From: Rhodospirillales bacterium
GTDB lineage: Bacteria > Pseudomonadota > Alphaproteobacteria > Rhodospirillales > UBA2165
Direction of reading: 5' to 3'
Length of the DNA: 54,585 nucleotides
Assembly (NCBI GenBank): GCA_046582475.1
Contig: JAYGEH010000054.1
Location: 1 to 54,585, forward strand
Each line of letters opens with the position of its first letter. The stretch's first letter is position 1. Positions 50,289 to 54,585 of the stretch are shown here, piece after piece. A program made the translations under genes and the position numbers. Under the pieces are notes generated by a model. That model was given only the letters and a program-made list of their open reading frames with translations. It ran no database searches and was not told the DNA's origin.

Positions 50289-50960
50289 TTATGTAGTACG
50301 AAAGCCGGCGGATGCAATTGGGTGCGGAAGGGTGGCGGGCTTACCTTGTTCCGAAGACGTGGGCATAGTCGCAATAAGACCCTGCGCGCCGGGATAGCCC
50401 TGCACAGCGGATTTGCGATACCAGCGGACGGCTTCCTTATCGTCTTCGGCGACGCCCCAACCCCTATGGTAACTAGTGCCCAGCCGGTGCTGGGCTTCGG
50501 CATAGCCCTGCCCGGCGGCCATGCGGTACAAGTTGGTGGCAGCCGCTTGGTCTGCGGTAACGACTTTTCCATAGCGGTACAATTTGCCGAGCCAGAATTG
50601 CGCAGCGACATCGCTTTGATTGGCGGCTCTGCCAACCCAAAGTTTGGCGGCGTTATAGACTTTGGTAACGCCCTCGCCATATTCGTACATCCTGCCGAAG
50701 TATAATTGCGCGAAGGCATCGCCCTTGTCGGCAAGGGGCCTGAAATGCTTCAACGCCGTTGCGAAGTCATTTCGCCAATATGCGGTATAGCCAGCCTTGA
50801 GCTCCGGCGATCTCTTAAAATGTGCTAGCCTCCATTTTTGATGCGCCAGCCTCCCTTCGTCCACGGAGCCTAGGGCGTTACTATTCTGGCATGCCGTAAG
50901 GGCCAGAAGAGTTAATGTTATGATGGCCAAGCCTTTATTTTTGATCGAAAAATGCTGCAT
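50289..50960 (-). CDS. Sel1-repeat (SLR) lipoprotein
   Basis: Lipobox LLALTAC after MQHFSIKNKGLAIITLT. There are at least three SLR units (GDAFAQLYFGRMYEYGEGV, DVAAQFWLGKLYRYGKVV, GYAEAQHRLGTSYHRGWGV). The last unit breaks off after GYPGAQ. Confidence 0.8.
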   Translation of the reverse strand: MQHFSIKNKGLAIITLTLLALTACQNSNALGSVDEGRLAHQKWRLAHFKRSPELKAGYTAYWRNDFATALKHFRPLADKGDAFAQLYFGRMYEYGEGVTKVYNAAKLWVGRAANQSDVAAQFWLGKLYRYGKVVTADQAAATNLYRMAAGQGYAEAQHRLGTSYHRGWGVAEDDKEAVRWYRKSAVQGYPGAQGLIATMPTSSEQGKPATLPHPIASAGFRTT

Positions 50961-52122
50961 TGATCTGTTGTTCTGAAAACCGACCTGACAATCGGGCGCA
51001 TTGCTTTTCGGTGAGTCCGCGGCGTTTTGCTTTGGAAATATCTGAGCGGTAAGTTGTCGAAGGTTCCCAGTTTGGATAATGCGAATTGATTGCCAATTTG
51101 CAAATAAACTCAATAGACCTGTCGGTTCTATTAGCGGTAATGATAGGCCGCCAAAAGACGGGCCGAGAAGGATTACCAGCAGCGGCTTGTTGATGAGAAA
51201 GTCCTCTGTTCAGGCGAACGCAATGCTGTTCGGTGAGGCCGCGCAGTTTTGCTTCTTCCAGGTATTCGTTCCTATCGCTTTGTGAGTCAAATTTGATCAT
51301 CGAACGATTCAATGCGACATAACACACATCCTCATTAGACATCCTTGCAAATTTATGTCGTCGTACTGGGCCGCTAAGTGTTTGATGCACGGCGGTGATA
51401 TCCTGTTCGGTGAACCGCCGTGTTAACTGGGCGCATTGCTGCTCGATGAGGCCACGACGCTTGGCCTCATCTACCCGTTTTACGGCGTGTCTTCCGTAAT
51501 CCCATATCGGTTGATTTGCTTGAAGCGCCTTTGAGCAAATAATGTTGTCGGCATCTGAAGCAATTCCTGCCGCAATTCTCTCTCTTACGCTTTTGTTGTG
51601 CGCGGCCCGAAAACCCGCAATTCCATCATCAAATGCCGATGAAGTGCTGGGCGCTCTTGTTGACTGTTGCAAAGCGGCAAGCTGCTGTTCTGTAAATCTT
51701 CCTGTCATCCGAGCGCATTGCTGTTCAGCGAAACCGCGGCGCTTGGCCTCATTTATAAACTGCCCAGAACCAGTAGGAGCCCACATTGGATGGACAATGT
51801 GGAGGGCTTTTCCACATAGGTTCCTATTGGATATGTCCCGTATAGTCGATGGAAGTGAATTTTGCCGATGAACGGCGGCAATCTGTTGCTCGGCGAACCG
51901 CCCCGTCAGCCGGGCGCATTGTTGCTCGGTGAGGCCGCGTCCTAGCGCTTCGTTGATATGGGACGAGGCTTCGCGCCATTTAGGTGCGTCTACCTGAATT
52001 GCCAAGCCGCAGAGCGAAGATTTGGTTCTCTCATAATTCGCGGATTTGTTCACGCACCCCGCCAATACCAGCAGAGCAACCACATACCCGAGCTTCCGAA
52101 CGGCAGCGAAATGAAAATTCAT
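50935..52122 (-). CDS. Lipoprotein built from five tandem copies of an unrecognised ~65-90 aa two-Cys module
   Basis: Lipobox LVLAGC. Five units have the pattern (L/I/V)C-x2-A(L/I)-x4-6-(W/F)-x7-11-EAKRRGLTEQQCARLTGRF-x-EQQ. GGGGAGG lies before the ATG. Confidence 0.7.
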   Translation of the reverse strand: MNFHFAAVRKLGYVVALLVLAGCVNKSANYERTKSSLCGLAIQVDAPKWREASSHINEALGRGLTEQQCARLTGRFAEQQIAAVHRQNSLPSTIRDISNRNLCGKALHIVHPMWAPTGSGQFINEAKRRGFAEQQCARMTGRFTEQQLAALQQSTRAPSTSSAFDDGIAGFRAAHNKSVRERIAAGIASDADNIICSKALQANQPIWDYGRHAVKRVDEAKRRGLIEQQCAQLTRRFTEQDITAVHQTLSGPVRRHKFARMSNEDVCYVALNRSMIKFDSQSDRNEYLEEAKLRGLTEQHCVRLNRGLSHQQAAAGNPSRPVFWRPIITANRTDRSIEFICKLAINSHYPNWEPSTTYRSDISKAKRRGLTEKQCARLSGRFSEQQINAAFFDQK

Positions 52123-52269
52123 GTCCTCCCCAATATTAAAATTCTACTAAAAGAGTAATATACTATATTTCTGCAACTGTGTCCATTTTGCCTAAAATTG
52201 GCCACAGGAACGGGTTCACCCTCGCCGGCCTCGGAAGTGACCGTTTCAACTGGGTTCGTGGTGTTTGAA

Positions 52270-53699
52270 ATGTCCAGAATTTTATTCGCGAATGTAGGAA
52301 AACATTTAATGGCATTGGGTTTCCTGATTGCCGCACCACAAATATTGGATGCCGCCGAAACAGAAAATAGAGATTCGGATGTAAGATATATTTATGGGGA
52401 ATGTCTAAACCTCCAGCTCTCTTCGGATAGGACAATTGGCGCCTGCACGATGGCAATTCGATCCGGAGAACTTGAATATGGGGAAACAGCGGCGGCATTC
52501 GAAAATCGTGGCCGAGCGTATTTCAAATTAAAATTGTATGATAAAGCCGTCGCTGACTTTTCCGAAGCAATCAATATTTCAACGTTTAACGCCGGAGCTT
52601 TATACCGCCGCGGCGTTGTATTTTTATCGAGAAAAAATTTGTCCAAGCAATTTCAGACTTCACGATTGCTCTCGGGGTCAACCCCAATAACCACGAATAT
52701 CTAAATGCTCGGGCCGTAGCCTACAAAGCGATGGGTAAAACTGAGCAGGCATTGCAAGATTACGACAGATCAATCCAAATCAAGCCTAAATTCCACACCG
52801 CCTACAGCAATCGCGCCCTTATCCATAAAAGACATAAAAATTTCAAGAAAGCGGTTGCGGATCTCACGCGGGCCATCACATTGGAACCAAATAATTGGCG
52901 CGCATACCAAAATCGCGGCAGTGTGCACGAAGATATGGGAAACATGGAATTGGCCATCAAAGATTTCGAAAAAGCTGTCAAGTTTGGCAGCCGGTCCCCA
53001 GCCGTATTCAACATGTTGAAAAAATTCGGCGTGTCGCCATCGGCTATCATGATTTCATTACGTGAAATAATCATTCCGATTAAATTTTACTTGGTCAGGA
53101 ACGCCAATATGAAGAAAGACGGGCTGGTTCTGACGAATTGGCTGACCGCGGCCAACATAAATTCCCTTTTATTACCCGAGATTAATGCAATTTGGCGCCA
53201 AGCCGGCATCGTGTGGAAAAGCAATGGTGTCGATGATTACAATACCGATGACAACAATATTCCGCCCTCCATGGCGACCGATATTGTTTCAGTTTACAAA
53301 GGCATGCCCAAAAAAGAGCGCGCAAAGAAATTTAGATTTCTGCGTAATTTGGCGAGCAAATTGAAAAAACCTAAACAGTTCACTGTCATCATCGTGCCCT
53401 TCCTGGGATCAAATATTCAAGCCGTTGGTTTTCGGCCGCATAAAACGCTTTTTGTCTCCGCTTGGTCGGACAAATCCTCTTTGGGAAAATTACCGCCCGA
53501 GAAAATTGCGGCAGTCGAAAAGAAACCGTTCAAAAAGGGCTCTCTGGCTCACACGATTGCCTCAATGTTGGGACGACAATTTGGCGTGCACAAAATTTCA
53601 TGCCAGGAATATTGCTTATTCGGAAACGAAGGAACGCGCGGTTATATTCTGTCACCCACTCAAATTGCAGTCGCTCGAATGGCTGCCACTATTTTTTGA
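52270..53699 (+). pseudogene. Secreted TPR-repeat protein with a C-terminal metzincin-like (apparently inactive) domain, interrupted by a frameshift near 52620-52647
   Basis: Track ORFs 52198..52704 and 52731..53699 are in different frames. TPR periodicity continues from frame 1 (ALYRRGVVF) into the other frame (AISDFTIALGVNPNN). Adding one A to the A6 run (52632-52637) restores a perfect 34-aa repeat. Confidence 0.7.
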
Positions 53700-53762
53700 A
53701 GCAAATTCATTCGAGACAACTAGCTATCCAGAAAACAGTGGATTTCGGTATCAGGGCTGAAG

Positions 53763-54176
53763 ATGAATAATCATGGGCCAATAGGCATAATCGAAGAACT
53801 TGTCAGAGAGACCCGGTTCGTAGGTCGTGGCATTCAATATCTAAAATATCTTGCCTTCAATTCCCCAACCTTTGAGCCTGATAGAAGACGGTTCATGGAC
53901 AGCGCAGCTAAGGCCGCTGGCGCACTTGTCCTCAGATCAACGATGCTAGGTGGAGCGGCTGGAGCATTAGCTAGTTGCGAAGCGGTTAATTACCCAAGCA
54001 ACAAACACTCCTTTTGGGAGGCGTATCTATTGAGCCAAGATTTGATTAGGGGCCCAAGCCTATTGATCGATTTAGAGACCGGCCTGCAGAGCGATTTTGC
54101 CATCAATAAAACCAAATTAATCAATCAGGGTTGGGGAGCAGTAGACTATGATGTTCCTAGGCTCAGGACCCTTTAA
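53763..54176 (+). CDS. Hypothetical small protein with Tat-like signal and lipobox
   Basis: DRRRFMDSAAKAAGALVL...GALASC. The true start is probably downstream of 53763. Confidence 0.45.
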   Translation: MNNHGPIGIIEELVRETRFVGRGIQYLKYLAFNSPTFEPDRRRFMDSAAKAAGALVLRSTMLGGAAGALASCEAVNYPSNKHSFWEAYLLSQDLIRGPSLLIDLETGLQSDFAINKTKLINQGWGAVDYDVPRLRTL

Positions 54177-54227
54177 TTATTAATTCAGCATTTCACCGGA
54201 TGATGTCCTTAGGACCTTTGGAGGGCA

Positions 54228-54585
54228 TCAAATGAAAGACTTATTCTGGCTGACGCAAACGCAATTGGACCGCATGGCACCCCATTTTCTATTTTCTTTG
54301 ATCAGGCTTTTGTTATTCGAGAAATAGTAAAGAGCGACATTTCCCACATCCAATAGGACGCCAACGCCCATGACCGCGAAACTGTAGAGAGCCCAGGTTT
54401 TGAAAATGAAAGAGCCTGTTCCTTCCAGTAGAGTTAGTCCGAGGATCACTACGGGCGGGATAAAAAATACATGGCAAATCCCGATCAAACGGCTCATAGG
54501 CTTCCGCTTGTGAATTTGCACGGCGACAATCAGTGACAGGATTACACCCAAAGCCACAGATAGGCCGTCTAATGTCCCGATGTAA
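54228..54585 (-). CDS. Hypothetical integral membrane protein (5' end may lie beyond the window)
   Basis: The frame stays open to the window edge. There are three hydrophobic segments (VALGVILSLIVAV, IGICHVFFIPPVVILGLTLL, ALYSFAVMGVGVLL). Confidence 0.5.
   Translation of the reverse strand, partial: YIGTLDGLSVALGVILSLIVAVQIHKRKPMSRLIGICHVFFIPPVVILGLTLLEGTGSFIFKTWALYSFAVMGVGVLLDVGNVALYYFSNNKSLIKENRKWGAMRSNCVCVSQNKSFI

Overview
This is a 54.6 kb chromosomal segment from a high-GC genome. A spot count of line 30001-30060 gives 42/60 G+C. Gene content and order look alphaproteobacterial (inference from synteny only): queA-tgt, rplU-rpmA-obg-proB-proA-nadD-rsfS-rlmH-gpmI-envC-ctpA-yibQ-rppH, korAB, metXW, and chorismate mutase-hisC-tyrC. 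Most of the window is housekeeping, plus one flavin/luciferase-like-monooxygenase catabolic cluster at 10.9-21 kb. Features that ordinary ORF calling misses:
1. Two genes need UGA read as selenocysteine: a periplasmic TlpA-like thioredoxin-fold protein (W-U-G-T-C) and the selenophosphate synthetase SelD itself (GGG-U-GCK). Each has a hairpin just downstream of the UGA.
2. An orphan motA/motB stator pair is otherwise well conserved, but each gene carries one in-frame TAG.
3. There are four MITE-like elements from three families, all flanked by TA or CTAG. An IS630-type transposase 5' end lies at the window edge. Two MITE ends supply the TAG stop of the neighbouring gene.
4. A repeat-rich junction at 49.75-50.3 kb is followed by a lower-GC tail (spot counts 17-27/60). 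The tail encodes only exported repeat proteins: a Sel1 lipoprotein, a lipoprotein made of five copies of an unrecognised Cys-containing module, a TPR protein frameshifted at a homopolymer and carrying a degenerate metzincin-like C-terminal domain, and a Tat-signal lipoprotein.
No rRNA, tRNA (including selC) or CRISPR array was found by eye. Many long antisense ORFs in the track are GC-driven artefacts and are not reported as genes.
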